Shown: one piece after another, positions 31,440-41,848 of the stretch
How positions within the stretch are numbered: position 1 is the first letter of the stretch
Layout: the number at the start of each line of letters is the position of its first letter
NCBI GenBank assembly: GCA_040371205.1
Contig: AP031382.1
Span: 987,562-1,051,561 of the forward strand
Length of the DNA: 64,000 bases
Reading direction: 5' to 3'
Origin: Rhodanobacter sp.
GTDB taxonomy: Bacteria; Pseudomonadota; Gammaproteobacteria; Xanthomonadales; Rhodanobacteraceae
Notes under the pieces: model-generated
The model's database searches: none
What the model saw: only the letters and a program-made list of their open reading frames with translations
What the model was told of the DNA's origin: nothing
Program-made: the position numbers and the translations under genes

Positions 31440-32561
31440 ATGTTCTGGATCAAGCAGATCGTGGTCGGCGACGGCGAGCGCGGCCTGCTGTACCGCAACC
31501 GTCGCTTCGAGCGCGTGTTGGCCCCCGGCGTGTACCGGGTGTTCGACCCGCGCAACCGCGTGGCCGTGACCGTGCACAACCTAGTCCGTCCGGAGTACGC
31601 CGGCAACGATGCCGAGGTGTTGATGACGCGGATCGACGGCCCGCTGGCCGAGCACCTGCAGCTGGCCGACATCGGCATCGACCAGGTCGGTCTCGTGCTG
31701 AAGAACGGCAAGCTGGAGGACGTGCTGGCACCGGGTACCCGCAAGCTGTACTGGAAGGGCCTGGTGGCGGTCGAGGTGGTGGCCGTATCGCTGGTCGACT
31801 CGCTGCGGGTCGACCCGCGGGTGGCCGAACGCCTGCGCCAGCTCGGCGTGCTGGCCAAGGTGGCGGTGACGGTGGACGTGCCGACCGAGTCGGCCGGCCT
31901 GCTGTTCGTCGACAGTACCCTGGTCGAGACGCTGGCGCCGGGCGCGTACGCGTTCTGGAGCTTCCGCAGGAATGTCTCGCTGGAGGTGATCGACCTGCGC
32001 GTGCAGTCGCTGGAGGTGTCGGGTCAGGAATTGCTGACCCGCGACAAGGTAAGCCTGCGCGTGAACCTGGCCGCCAGCCTGCGCGTGACCGACCCGGTCG
32101 CCGCGCGCACCAAGGTGGCCAAGTACGGCGACTACGTCTACCGCGAACTGCAGTACGGCCTGCGCAAGGCGGTCTCGGTCAAGACGCTGGACGAGTTGCT
32201 CGGCGACAAGGCCTCGCTGGACGCCGACATCTTCGCCTACGTCCGCGGCCGCGTGGTCGAGCTGGGCCTGGAGGTGCTCAGCGTGGGCGTGAAGGACGTC
32301 ATCCTGCCGGGCGAGATGAAGGACATCCTCAACAGCGTGGTGCAGGCGGAGAAGGCGGCCCAGGCCAACGTGATCCGCCGTCGCGAGGAGTCGAACGCCA
32401 CGCGTTCGCTGCTCAACACCGCCAGGCTGATCGAGGAGAGCCCCGTGCTGATGCGCCTGAAGGAGCTCGAGGCCTTGGAAAAAGTCACCGAGAAGATCGA
32501 CAAGCTGACCGTGTTCGGTGGCCTGGACGGCGTGCTGAAGCAGTTGGTCAGTCTCAACTAG
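31440..32561 (+). CDS. SPFH/band-7 domain protein with no obvious N-terminal TM segment.
   Basis: It is 373 aa. GAAGGAG lies 7 nt before the ATG. It has an SPFH-like core and a C-terminal coiled-coil/Ala-Glu-rich region (VVQAEKAAQANVIRRREESNATR). Confidence 0.75.
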   Translation: MFWIKQIVVGDGERGLLYRNRRFERVLAPGVYRVFDPRNRVAVTVHNLVRPEYAGNDAEVLMTRIDGPLAEHLQLADIGIDQVGLVLKNGKLEDVLAPGTRKLYWKGLVAVEVVAVSLVDSLRVDPRVAERLRQLGVLAKVAVTVDVPTESAGLLFVDSTLVETLAPGAYAFWSFRRNVSLEVIDLRVQSLEVSGQELLTRDKVSLRVNLAASLRVTDPVAARTKVAKYGDYVYRELQYGLRKAVSVKTLDELLGDKASLDADIFAYVRGRVVELGLEVLSVGVKDVILPGEMKDILNSVVQAEKAAQANVIRRREESNATRSLLNTARLIEESPVLMRLKELEALEKVTEKIDKLTVFGGLDGVLKQLVSLN

Positions 32562-32617
32562 CAACACCCGGCACCGCCGCACGGAGGCGACGGTACCGGG
32601 GCCATCAAGGAATGAAC

Positions 32618-33838
32618 ATGAGCAATCAACAGTACGAATGGCTGCACGCCGAGGGCAGCGCCACGCCGATCAAGGGCTGGGTACAGGGCGTGCCGCTGGA
32701 AGATTCGGCGAAGCAGCAATTGCAGAACATCGCCACGCTGCCCTTCGTCGGGCCGTGGGTGGCCGTGATGCCGGACGTGCACCTGGGCAAGGGCGCCACC
32801 GTGGGATCGGTGGTGCCGACCCGCGGCGCGATCATCCCGGCCGCGGTGGGCGTGGACATCGGCTGCGGCATGGCCGCGGTGCGCACCACGCTGACCGCCA
32901 AGGATCTGCCGGACAACCTGGCCCAGCTGCGTTCGAGCATCGAGCGCGGCGTGCCGGTCGGCAACGGCCGCGGCGGCGATCACCATCGCCTGCCGGACAG
33001 CCTCCATACGCGGCTGGTCGAGTCAGGCCTGGCCGCGCGGCTGGAGATGGTGAAGGCGAAGCACCGGAAGATCCGCACCGACAAGGTCGACAAGCAGCTG
33101 GGCACACTCGGCGGCGGCAACCACTTCATCGAGGTCTGCCTCGACGAATCGGACGCCGTGTGGGTGATGCTGCACTCGGGTTCGCGCGGTACCGGCAACC
33201 TGATCGGCAGCTACTTCATCGAGCAGGCCCGACAGGAACTGGGCAAGCGCGTGCTGGGTTATCACGTGCCAGACAAGGACCTGGCCTTCTTCATGGAAGG
33301 CGAGCCGCTGTTCGACGACTACGTCGAGGCGGTGTCCTGGGCGCAGGACTACGCCCGCGCCAACCGCGAGGCCATGATGGCCCGCGTACTGGCGGATATG
33401 CGTCACCGCCTGCCGACCTTCCAGCTCGCCGCGATGGCGGTGAACTGCCATCACAACTATGTGCAGAAGGAGACGCACGGCGGGCAGGAACTGCTGGTCA
33501 CCCGCAAGGGCGCGGTGAGTGCGCGGGCCGGCGAGCTGGGCATCATCCCCGGTTCGATGGGTACGCGCAGCTACATCGTGCGCGGCAAGGGCAACGCGGA
33601 CAGCTTCCACAGCTGCAGCCACGGTGCCGGTCGCGTGATGAGCCGCAGCGCGGCGCGCCAGCAGATCACCCTGGCCCAGCACCGCGAGGCCACGGCGCAC
33701 GTGGAATGCCGCAAGGACGCAGCGGTGATCGACGAGTCGCCGGCGGCGTACAAGTCGATCGACGCAGTGATGGCTGCCCAGACCGACCTGGTCGAGGTGG
33801 TACACACGCTGCGCCAGGTGCTGTGCGTTAAGGGCTGA
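32618..33838 (+). CDS. rtcB: RNA 3'-phosphate (2',3'-cyclic phosphate)/5'-OH ligase RtcB.
   Basis: The start is MSNQQYEWL. Conserved RtcB metal and GTP motifs are present ([43 protein letters not shown]). AAGGAA lies 7 nt before the chosen ATG. The first roughly 430 aa of the listed 844-aa ORF are an out-of-frame overlap with the SPFH gene. Confidence 0.9.
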   Translation: MSNQQYEWLHAEGSATPIKGWVQGVPLEDSAKQQLQNIATLPFVGPWVAVMPDVHLGKGATVGSVVPTRGAIIPAAVGVDIGCGMAAVRTTLTAKDLPDNLAQLRSSIERGVPVGNGRGGDHHRLPDSLHTRLVESGLAARLEMVKAKHRKIRTDKVDKQLGTLGGGNHFIEVCLDESDAVWVMLHSGSRGTGNLIGSYFIEQARQELGKRVLGYHVPDKDLAFFMEGEPLFDDYVEAVSWAQDYARANREAMMARVLADMRHRLPTFQLAAMAVNCHHNYVQKETHGGQELLVTRKGAVSARAGELGIIPGSMGTRSYIVRGKGNADSFHSCSHGAGRVMSRSAARQQITLAQHREATAHVECRKDAAVIDESPAAYKSIDAVMAAQTDLVEVVHTLRQVLCVKG

Positions 33839-33933
33839 TGCCCGCCGCCATGGGCGCCGCTCCGGACGGGGCGGCGCTTTTTGTGTCCTGGCTGCCGGTC
33901 TGCGGGATAATGCCGCGTTGCACGACCTTGCGT

Positions 33934-34986
33934 ATGCCGACCGAGCCCGTTGCCTTGAAGAAGTCCGATTTCGATTTCGACCTGCCACCCGAACTGATCG
34001 CCCAGGCGCCGCTGCCTGAGCGTTCGGCCAGCCGCCTGCTGCTGTTGGACGCGGCGGCAGGCCGGCGCGAGGACCGGATGTTCCGCGAGCTGCCCGGTTT
34101 CCTGCGTCCCGGCGACCTGCTGGTGTTCAACGACACCCGCGTGCTGCCGGCGCGCCTGTACGGGCGCAAGGACACCGGCGGCGCGGTGGAGATCCTGATC
34201 GAGCGCGTCACCGGCGCGCACGAGGCGGTGGTGCAACTCGGCGTCAGCAAGAAGCCGAAGGAGGGCGGCCGCATCGAGCTGGCCGACGGCAGCCACGCGG
34301 TGGTGCTGGGCCGCGACGAGGGATTCTTCCGCCTGCGCTTCGAGGCGCCCGAGCCGCTGGAGAAGCTGCTGCTGAAGCTGGGCGAGATGCCCTTGCCGCC
34401 GTACATCGAGCGCCATGCCGACGCCGGCGACATGGAGCGCTACCAGACTGTCTACGCGCGCGAGCCCGGCGCCGTGGCCGCGCCCACCGCCGGCCTGCAT
34501 TTCGACGAGCCGCTGCTCGCCGCCCTGCGCGAGCGCGGGGTGGGCTTCGGCTACGTCACCCTGCACGTGGGCGCGGGCACCTTCCAACCGGTGCGCGCGG
34601 AGAACATCGGCGACCACCACATGCACCGCGAATGGCTCAACGTGGGCGCCAGCCTGGTCGAGCAGATCCGCCGCACGCGCGCCGCCGGCGGCCGCGTGTT
34701 CGCGGTGGGCACCACGGTGGTGCGCGCGCTGGAAAGCGCCACGGTGGAAGGCGAGCTGCATCCGTTCGCGGGCGAGACGCAGATCTTCATCTTCCCCGGC
34801 TACAAGATCACCAGCATCGACGGCCTGATCACCAACTTCCACCTGCCGCAGTCGACCCTGCTGATGCTGGTGTCGGCGCTGGCCGGCCGCGAGTTCATGC
34901 TCGACGCGTACCGGCATGCGGTGGAGCAGCGCTATCGCTTCTTCTCCTACGGCGACGCGATGCTGATCCTGCCGCGCAGCGCCTGA
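33934..34986 (+). CDS. queA: S-adenosylmethionine:tRNA ribosyltransferase-isomerase.
   Basis: [31 protein letters not shown] aligns with the E. coli QueA N-terminus. The motifs GAGTFQPVR and [12 protein letters not shown] are present. Confidence 0.9.
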   Translation: MPTEPVALKKSDFDFDLPPELIAQAPLPERSASRLLLLDAAAGRREDRMFRELPGFLRPGDLLVFNDTRVLPARLYGRKDTGGAVEILIERVTGAHEAVVQLGVSKKPKEGGRIELADGSHAVVLGRDEGFFRLRFEAPEPLEKLLLKLGEMPLPPYIERHADAGDMERYQTVYAREPGAVAAPTAGLHFDEPLLAALRERGVGFGYVTLHVGAGTFQPVRAENIGDHHMHREWLNVGASLVEQIRRTRAAGGRVFAVGTTVVRALESATVEGELHPFAGETQIFIFPGYKITSIDGLITNFHLPQSTLLMLVSALAGREFMLDAYRHAVEQRYRFFSYGDAMLILPRSA

Positions 34987-35001
34987 GCGCCTGAGCGCCG
35001 G

Positions 35002-38000
35002 TCAGCGCCGCGCGCCCTTCGGCCGGCACAGCGTTGCGTAGATCACCGGCATCGCCAGCAGCACCAGCGGCACCTGCACCGCCATGCCGGAGATGATCGC
35101 CACCGCCAGCGGCTGCTGCATCTGCGAGCCCTGGCCGAGCGCCAGCGCCAGCGGCAGCAGGGTGAGGATGGCGGCCAGGGTCGACATCAGGATCGGCCGC
35201 ATGCGGTGCTGGCCGGCGTACTGCATCGCCTCGTGCAGCGGCATCCGCCGGTGCGCTTCGGTCAGTTCGGAGAAGTAGAAGATCGCGATCTCGGTGACGA
35301 TGCCCACGATCATCGTCATGCCCATCATCGCGGAGATGTTGAGTTCGATGCCGGTGATCCACAGCCCCAGGAACACCGCCGCCAGCGCCAGCAGCGGCGA
35401 GGCCATGATCGCCAGCGCCACGCGGAAGCTCTCGTACAGGAACAGCAGCAGGGCGAACACCAGGGCGACCGCCGCCAGCATCACGAGGGTGAGGTCGTGG
35501 AAGGCGATCTGCTGCTGCGCATAGAGGCCGCCGAGTTCGTAGTACATGCCGGCCGGAAGCATGTCCCGCCGGTCCAGCACCTTCCTCACGTCGGCCACGG
35601 TGGAACCCATGTCGCGGCCGACGATGCGCGCGGTCACGGCCACCATGCGCTTGAGGTCGTCGCGGTCGATCTCGGGCTGGCCCTGCTCGGCGCGGATGCT
35701 GGCCAGCCGCGACAGCGGCACGCTCTGGCCGTTGGCGGTGCGGATCGGCAGCGACTCCAGCTGCTCCCGCTGCGCACGCGCCGACGGCGGCAGCCACACG
35801 CGCACGCCGATCATCTTCGGCCCCTGCGGCAACTCGGCCGCCACGTTGCCGGCGACGGCGTCGTTCACCTGCTGCGCCACGGCCAGCGGATCGAGGCCGT
35901 ACAGGCCGGCCTTCACCGGGTCGACCTTCACTTCCAGCGCATCGCCGGCGGGGTTGATGCCGTTGCGCACCTCGGCCACGCCGTCGACCTTGCCGATCGC
36001 GGCCGCGACCTTTTTCGCCGTGGCGTCGAGCTGCGCCTGGTCGTCGCCGAACAGCTTCACCTCGATCGGCTGCGGCACCTCGGTGAGGTCGCCGATCATA
36101 TCCTCCATCAACTGGGTGACTTCCACGTCCAGGCCCGGTACCTGCGCCGCCACCTGTTCGCGGATCTGTTCCATCACGGTGTCGGTGGGCGGGCGCGAGC
36201 CGTTCTTCAGGCGCACGAAGATGTCGCCGGTGTTCGCCTCGGTGAGGCCGCCGCCCAGCTGCAGCCCGGTGCGGCGCGAATAGGTGCTGACATACGGGTT
36301 GGACCGGATGATGCGCTCGACCTGCTGCAGCAGGCGGTTGGTCTCGGCCAGCGAGGTGCCGGGTTCGGACAGGTAGTCCAGGGTGAAGCCGCCCTCGTCC
36401 ATCTTCGGCATGAAGCCGCTGCCGACGTGGCGGTAGGCCAGCACGCCGGCGAGCAGCAGCGGCAGCACGCCGATCAGCAGCAGGGCGGGTCGCCGCAGCA
36501 GGCTGCCCAGGGTACGTTCGTAGCCGGCGAGCAGGCGCTGCGAGAAGCGGCCCGGCGGATGCTCCGCCGCGTGCCGTTCGTCGATCAGCCATTCCGCCAG
36601 CAGGGGTACTGCGATCCAGGTCAGCAGGTAGGAGATCACCAGCGCGCTGGCCATGGTCAGCGACAACGCCTTGAAGAACGCTCCGGTGACGCCGGTGAGG
36701 AAGGCCAGCGGCAGGAAGATCACCACGGTGGCCGCGCTGGAGCCGGTCAGCGGCCGGGTGAACTCACTGGCCGCGTGCGCGATGCGTTCGCCGACCTCGG
36801 ACGGCGCGTCCGCGCCGCCGCCGTCGCGCAGCCGGCGCATGATGTGCTCCAGCATCACGATCACGTCGTCGATCAGCAGGCCCACCGCGGCCGCCATGCC
36901 GCCCAGCGTCATCATGTTGAAGCTCATGTGCAGCAGGTCGAGCAGCAATACGGTGATCGCCAGCGTGGCCGGCACCACGATCAGCGCCACCAGGATCACC
37001 CGCACGTTGCGCAGGAACAGGAACAGCACCAGCCCGGCCAGCACGATGCCGATCAGGATCGCGTCGCGCACGCTGCCGGCCGCGCCCCGCACCAGCTGCG
37101 TCTGGTCGTACCAGTTGGCGATGTGCAGGCCTTTCGGCGCGTGCTTTTCGTACTCGGCCAGGCGTTGCCCCACGTCGCGCGCAATCTGCAGGCTGTTGCC
37201 GCTGGGCTGCTGGAACACCTGCAGCAGCACCGCGTCGTGGCCGTCGGCGGTGGTGCTGATCCATTGCGGCTCGTGGCTCATGCGCACGCTGGCCACGTCG
37301 CCGAGCCGCACCAGGCCTTGCGGTCCGGCGCGCAGCACGATGCCGTCGAGCGCCTGCACGGTGGCGGGCTGGTTGTTCGCCAGCACCAGGTAGAGCTTGT
37401 AGTGGTCCTGCAGCCGGCCCAGCGCCTGGATCGTGGCCGCGTCGGCCACCGCCTTGTTCACGTCGGCGAGGCTGAGTCCCTGCGCGCGCAGCTTGCCGGC
37501 GTCGACGTCGACGTGGAACTCGGCCACGTCGCCGCCCTGCACGTCGACCTGGGCCACGCCGGTGACGCCGGACAGCAGCGGGCGCAGCTGGAACTCGGCG
37601 ATGTCGTGCAATTGCGCGGGGCTGAGCGTGTTCGAACCGAGGCTGTAGGCCAGCACCGGATCCACGGTGGGGTCCAGCCGCCGCGCACGCACGTTCACGT
37701 GCGCAGGCAGTTCCGGCAATACCTCGCTGACCGCGGCGTCGACATCGAGCAGGGCGCGCCCCATGTCGGCGCCCCAGTCGAAGCCGACGTTGATCTCTGC
37801 GCTGCCGCGGCTGGTGGTGGAGCGCACCTCGCGCACGCCGCGCACGCGGCGGATCGCTTCCTCCACGGGGCGGGTGACGCTCACCACCATCTGGTCGGCG
37901 GGCTGGTCGCCGGCGTCCAGCGACACCCTCACGCGCGGGAACGAGACGTCGGGGAACAGCGAGACCGGCAGGTTGAACGCCGCGGCGATGCCGCCGAGGG

Positions 38001-38079
38001 CGAGGATGAAGGCGAGGAACAGCAACGAGCGCCGGTGCCTGTGCATCCACTGGGCGATCGTCATCGGCGCTGCGCTCAC
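35002..38079 (-). CDS. RND efflux permease. The CzcA/CusA heavy-metal-efflux type is suggested by context.
   Basis: It is 1025 aa with 12 TM segments and two large periplasmic loops. The motif LIDDVIVMLEHI is present. It forms an operon with a membrane-fusion protein and an outer-membrane factor next to a two-component system. Confidence 0.85.
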   Translation of the reverse strand: MSAAPMTIAQWMHRHRRSLLFLAFILALGGIAAAFNLPVSLFPDVSFPRVRVSLDAGDQPADQMVVSVTRPVEEAIRRVRGVREVRSTTSRGSAEINVGFDWGADMGRALLDVDAAVSEVLPELPAHVNVRARRLDPTVDPVLAYSLGSNTLSPAQLHDIAEFQLRPLLSGVTGVAQVDVQGGDVAEFHVDVDAGKLRAQGLSLADVNKAVADAATIQALGRLQDHYKLYLVLANNQPATVQALDGIVLRAGPQGLVRLGDVASVRMSHEPQWISTTADGHDAVLLQVFQQPSGNSLQIARDVGQRLAEYEKHAPKGLHIANWYDQTQLVRGAAGSVRDAILIGIVLAGLVLFLFLRNVRVILVALIVVPATLAITVLLLDLLHMSFNMMTLGGMAAAVGLLIDDVIVMLEHIMRRLRDGGGADAPSEVGERIAHAASEFTRPLTGSSAATVVIFLPLAFLTGVTGAFFKALSLTMASALVISYLLTWIAVPLLAEWLIDERHAAEHPPGRFSQRLLAGYERTLGSLLRRPALLLIGVLPLLLAGVLAYRHVGSGFMPKMDEGGFTLDYLSEPGTSLAETNRLLQQVERIIRSNPYVSTYSRRTGLQLGGGLTEANTGDIFVRLKNGSRPPTDTVMEQIREQVAAQVPGLDVEVTQLMEDMIGDLTEVPQPIEVKLFGDDQAQLDATAKKVAAAIGKVDGVAEVRNGINPAGDALEVKVDPVKAGLYGLDPLAVAQQVNDAVAGNVAAELPQGPKMIGVRVWLPPSARAQREQLESLPIRTANGQSVPLSRLASIRAEQGQPEIDRDDLKRMVAVTARIVGRDMGSTVADVRKVLDRRDMLPAGMYYELGGLYAQQQIAFHDLTLVMLAAVALVFALLLFLYESFRVALAIMASPLLALAAVFLGLWITGIELNISAMMGMTMIVGIVTEIAIFYFSELTEAHRRMPLHEAMQYAGQHRMRPILMSTLAAILTLLPLALALGQGSQMQQPLAVAIISGMAVQVPLVLLAMPVIYATLCRPKGARR

Positions 38080-39158
38080 GGCTTGCGCTCGCGCACGCGG
38101 TCGCCGTCGCCCACCTCGTAGGCGCCGTCCACGATCACCGGCAGCTTTGCGTCGAGCCGGCCGAGCACGCCTACGGGGTCGCCCGCCGGCTGGCGCAGCC
38201 GCACGTCCACGCGGTGCGCCTTGCCGTGGTCGAGCTGGAACACGTAGTCGCTGCCGCCGGGAGTGGTGTTGTCCTGCAGCACCGCGCCGCGCGGTACCGC
38301 CCAGGCGGTGTACTCGTCGCTCTCGATGCTGGCCTGCAGCGCCGTGCCGGCCACCAGCGCGGCATCCGCGGCGGCCGGGATGGACGCCTGCACCGGCAGC
38401 AGGCCGGTTTGCGGGTCGATCGCGCCGCCCACCATGACCAGCTTGCCGGCGAACGCCTTGCCGTCGCCGTACACGCCGCGCAGCTGTACCGGCAGGCCGG
38501 CGTGCAAGTCCGTGGCCGCGTCCGGTTGCACGCCGAGCACGGCGATCAACGCGTGCGCTGGCATGAAGGAAAGCAGCGGCGCGTTGGCGGCGAAGCGCTC
38601 GCCCAGCGTCACCGCGACTGCGCTCACCACGCCATCGTCCGGCGCGGCGAGGGTTTCCTGCGCGGCGCCGCCGCCGAGCGCGCGCTGCGCCGCCAGCGCG
38701 GCCTGCGCGTCGGCCAGCGCCTTGCGCGCCGCGGCGACCTGCGACTGCGTGGCCAGGTGCTGCGCGGCCAGGTGTCCGGTGCGTTGCAGCTCGCCGCTGG
38801 CCAGGGTCAGCGCAGCCTGTGCCTGCCGATAGGCGCTGCGCGCCGTCGGGTCGGGTGCGATCACCAGCAGCGCCTGGCCGCGCTTGACCGTCTGGCCCGC
38901 GCTGACCTTCAACGCCAGCACCTGGCCGCCGTGGGCCAGGCTGAGGGTGCGCGCGCGGTGCGGATCGGCCACCGCGCTGCCCCAGGCGTCCACGCTGTCG
39001 TGGAAACGTTGCCGCACCGGCAGCGCCGTCGTGACCAGGGCCACGCCCTTGGCGTCGGTGGCGGCATCGTCGTCGCCGCCGCTGCCCTGGCCGCAGGCAG
39101 TCAGGAGGAGGGCCGTCGCGGCCAGCGCGGCGCAGCGCGCGAGCAAGGTCTGCTTCAT
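38076..39158 (-). CDS. RND efflux membrane-fusion (periplasmic adaptor) protein. It is a lipoprotein.
   Basis: The start is MKQTLLARCAALAATALLLTACGQ, giving a lipobox. The body is biotinyl-lipoyl/beta-barrel-like. It overlaps the RND gene start by 4 nt. Confidence 0.8.
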   Translation of the reverse strand: MKQTLLARCAALAATALLLTACGQGSGGDDDAATDAKGVALVTTALPVRQRFHDSVDAWGSAVADPHRARTLSLAHGGQVLALKVSAGQTVKRGQALLVIAPDPTARSAYRQAQAALTLASGELQRTGHLAAQHLATQSQVAAARKALADAQAALAAQRALGGGAAQETLAAPDDGVVSAVAVTLGERFAANAPLLSFMPAHALIAVLGVQPDAATDLHAGLPVQLRGVYGDGKAFAGKLVMVGGAIDPQTGLLPVQASIPAAADAALVAGTALQASIESDEYTAWAVPRGAVLQDNTTPGGSDYVFQLDHGKAHRVDVRLRQPAGDPVGVLGRLDAKLPVIVDGAYEVGDGDRVRERKP

Positions 39159-40528
39159 CGTTTGGACGTCTCTGGCGTGACGAAGTCGGTGCGGCCCAGC
39201 AGGGCTTCCAGGGCGATCGCGGCGTCGTCGCGCGACTGCGCGAGCGCGATCAGTTCGCTGTCGGCCGCCAGCGCGTTGGCGCGGATCGCCAGGTAGGCGG
39301 GCCAGTCGAGCAGGCCCTTGCGCCAGGCTTGTTCCGCCGCGTCGCGCGCCGTGTCCAGCCGCCGCGCGTGCGCCACCTGCGCCGCCTGCTGCGCATCCAG
39401 CGTGCGCAGGTCGGCCGCGAGCCGCTGGATGTCGCTGCGGGTGGCCAGCAGGCGCGCCGCGTAGTCGTCCTTCAACTGCTGGCGGGTGGCGCGCGCGATC
39501 GCGATGTTGCCGCGGTTGCGGTCGAACAGCGGCAGGGTGAGGCCGATGCTGAAACCGTTGGTGGTGACGTTGCCGGTGTCGCGCGCACGGTTCAGGCCCA
39601 GCGTGATGGCGGGAAACTGGGCGAGGATGGCGCCGCGCAGCGTCGCCTCCTGCGCGCGGTAGCCTGCCTGCAGGGCCAGCAGGTCGGGGCGACGTCGCGG
39701 CAGGTTGGCCAGCGCGGTCTGGCGTTGTGCAGCATCGGGGTTCGCGTGGTACGGCGCGCCCGTCAGGTCCAGTCGCGCAGTCGGGGCGAGTCCCAGCAAC
39801 TGGCGCAGCCCGGCCTCGGCCTGGTGCAGGGCGAGCGCGTTGTCGCCCGCGCGCTGGCGCACGTCGGCCACCGCGTTGAGGCCGGCGCTGGCGCTGTCGT
39901 AGTCGAGGTTGCCGGCGGCGAGCGCGGCCTGCACCGACCGGTCCACCGGCACCAGCGCCTGCAGCTCGGCGTCGAGTTCGGCCTGCTGCCGGCGCAGGCT
40001 CTGCACCTGGTCGAACAGCAGGCGCGCCTGCGCGATGGTCTGCCATTCCGACCAAAGCAGGTCGAGATTCACCTGCTCGGCCTGCGCGTTCGCTGCATGT
40101 GTGCGTGAGGAGCGCAGCAAGAGGGCGCTCACGTCCGCGCTGATGCCGATGTTGTAGGCCTTGGTGAGGCCGCTGCCGGAATGGTGCGGCAGATCCTCCT
40201 CCAGACTCAGCTGCGGGTCGGGCAGCAGGCCCGCGGCGAAGGCCTGCGCGCGGGCGATGCCCAGCGCATCGCGCTGCACCTTCAGTTCGGGATTGTTCGC
40301 CACCGCCAGCATCGCCACTTCGGTAGCGTCCAGGCCGTCGGCGGGATCGAAACGATGCGCGGCCAGCGCGGGCAGCGGCATCGCGGCGGCCGGCACGCCG
40401 AGCTGCGCGGCGCTGGCGGCGCCGTCGCCCCGGCCCAGCGGCAGCGGGCGATAGACGGCGCAGCCGCCCAGCAGGGCGGCCGTGGCGATCCATGCGATGC
40501 GGGCGGGCGGGCGTGCGACGGCAATCAT
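39155..40528 (-). CDS. Outer-membrane efflux factor (TolC/NodT family lipoprotein).
   Basis: The start is MIAVARPPARIAWIATAALLGGCAVYRP (a lipobox). It carries two OEP repeats. It overlaps the adaptor gene by 4 nt. Confidence 0.8.
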   Translation of the reverse strand: MIAVARPPARIAWIATAALLGGCAVYRPLPLGRGDGAASAAQLGVPAAAMPLPALAAHRFDPADGLDATEVAMLAVANNPELKVQRDALGIARAQAFAAGLLPDPQLSLEEDLPHHSGSGLTKAYNIGISADVSALLLRSSRTHAANAQAEQVNLDLLWSEWQTIAQARLLFDQVQSLRRQQAELDAELQALVPVDRSVQAALAAGNLDYDSASAGLNAVADVRQRAGDNALALHQAEAGLRQLLGLAPTARLDLTGAPYHANPDAAQRQTALANLPRRRPDLLALQAGYRAQEATLRGAILAQFPAITLGLNRARDTGNVTTNGFSIGLTLPLFDRNRGNIAIARATRQQLKDDYAARLLATRSDIQRLAADLRTLDAQQAAQVAHARRLDTARDAAEQAWRKGLLDWPAYLAIRANALAADSELIALAQSRDDAAIALEALLGRTDFVTPETSKR

Positions 40529-40635
40529 CCGCGCAGCTTGCCGTGGGGCGCTTAGCGCCTTCTTATCCGCAGGGACTTTGTGTCGTGATCCGGCGGCAGT
40601 CGGAGCCGTTTGCGAAAGGCGGGCGGATAACTTCC

Positions 40636-41166
40636 TCAGCCCGGCTCTCTCCCCGGCGACAAGGACGAAACAAGCCCGGCCAGCGCACGCCAAGGATCGA
40701 GATCCCAGTGCCCGCGCGCCTGCCCCGAGGGCGAGGGCAGCACGAATACGCGCGTGTCGCCGATGCGCTCCGGTTGCAGTCCGTATGGCACGTTACGGCC
40801 CAGCGCCGCGCGCCCCGCGTTCTTGCTGGTGAAGGCGATCACGCGCGGCGCGTGGCGTTCGACCTTGGCGCGCAGCGCCGGCACGTCGAAGGCGCCGGGC
40901 GGCAGTTCGTCGTCGTTGCCGCTGTGGCGCTTGGCGAGGTCGGTGAGGCCGATGCCGAACTGCGGCAGCAGCGGAAATTCGGCCGGGACGAGCAGGCGCG
41001 GGGTAAGGCCGGCTTCGTGCAGCGCGCGCCAGAACAGGTTGCCGGGATGCGCGTAGTAGGCGCGCTCGGCGGCGGAGCGCTTGCCGGCCGCGGTGCCGCA
41101 GAACACCAGCGCGAGGCCGGGTTGCAGCACGTCGGGCAGCACGTGGCGCTCAGCCGTGCGCGGCAT
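40636..41166 (-). CDS. mug: G/U-mismatch-specific uracil-DNA glycosylase (Mug/TDG family).
   Basis: PGLALVFCGTAAGKRSAAERAYYAHPGNLFWRAL corresponds to Mug GINPGL...HPxNRFW. VFVLPSPSG corresponds to the Mug LPNPSG motif. Confidence 0.75.
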   Translation of the reverse strand: MPRTAERHVLPDVLQPGLALVFCGTAAGKRSAAERAYYAHPGNLFWRALHEAGLTPRLLVPAEFPLLPQFGIGLTDLAKRHSGNDDELPPGAFDVPALRAKVERHAPRVIAFTSKNAGRAALGRNVPYGLQPERIGDTRVFVLPSPSGQARGHWDLDPWRALAGLVSSLSPGREPG

Positions 41167-41848
41167 CGTCGAGCAGGAAGTCGGTGAACTGGAAGCGGCC
41201 GTCGCGCAGCACCGATTCGCCGCGCTTGAGCCTGAGCGGCTGGCGGAACAGCGGGCCGCCGCAGCTCAGGGTGTGGAACTCGCCGCGCTCGCCGCAGGGA
41301 TCGACGCCGTTCGGCAGCGCGTCGAGCAGGCTGGCGTCGAAGGCGCGGCCGCTGAATGCGGCGTCGAGCTGCTGCGTGTCCACGCAGCACAGCATGGCGC
41401 GATGGCCTTCGGCCACGAAGCGGCGCGACAGCGCGGCGGTGTCCTCGCCCCACAGCGGGAATACCGCGCGCCAGTTGTCGCGGCCGAGCTGGCGCACGCG
41501 GTAGTCGCGCACGTCCTGCAGGAACAGGTCGCCGAACGCGCAATGGCGGATGCCGGGCCAGCGCATGCGCGCCTCGACCAGGGCCTGCGCATGCGCGGCT
41601 TCGTAGGCGTCGTTGCTGCCGGGCCAGTCCAGCAGCACTTCCACCAGCGGCAGGCCGAGCGCGGCCACCTGCGCCTGCAGCACGTCGTGCCGCACGCCGT
41701 GCATGGCGATGCGCTGGTAGTTGCGGTTGATCGTGGTGAGCAGGCCGACCACCTGCCAGCGCGGATCGGCGCGCAGGCGCTGCAACGCCATCAGGCAGTC
41801 CTTGCCGCCGCTCCATGCGAGCAGGATGGGAGTGCGCGTGTCGTTCAT
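41150..41848 (-). CDS. PP-loop ATP pyrophosphatase-like protein (Dph6/MJ0570 'ATP_bind_4' family).
   Basis: The start is MNDTRTPILLAWSGGKDCLMAL, which contains the SGGKD PP-loop. It is about 232 aa. Confidence 0.65.
   Translation of the reverse strand: MNDTRTPILLAWSGGKDCLMALQRLRADPRWQVVGLLTTINRNYQRIAMHGVRHDVLQAQVAALGLPLVEVLLDWPGSNDAYEAAHAQALVEARMRWPGIRHCAFGDLFLQDVRDYRVRQLGRDNWRAVFPLWGEDTAALSRRFVAEGHRAMLCCVDTQQLDAAFSGRAFDASLLDALPNGVDPCGERGEFHTLSCGGPLFRQPLRLKRGESVLRDGRFQFTDFLLDDAAHG

Noticed and set aside
31304-33838. An 844-aa ORF listed as a single reading frame.
   Set aside because: The N-terminal roughly 430 aa overlap the SPFH gene in another frame and are Arg/Gly/Pro-rich. The genuine rtcB starts at 32612 or 32618, with a ribosome-binding site.
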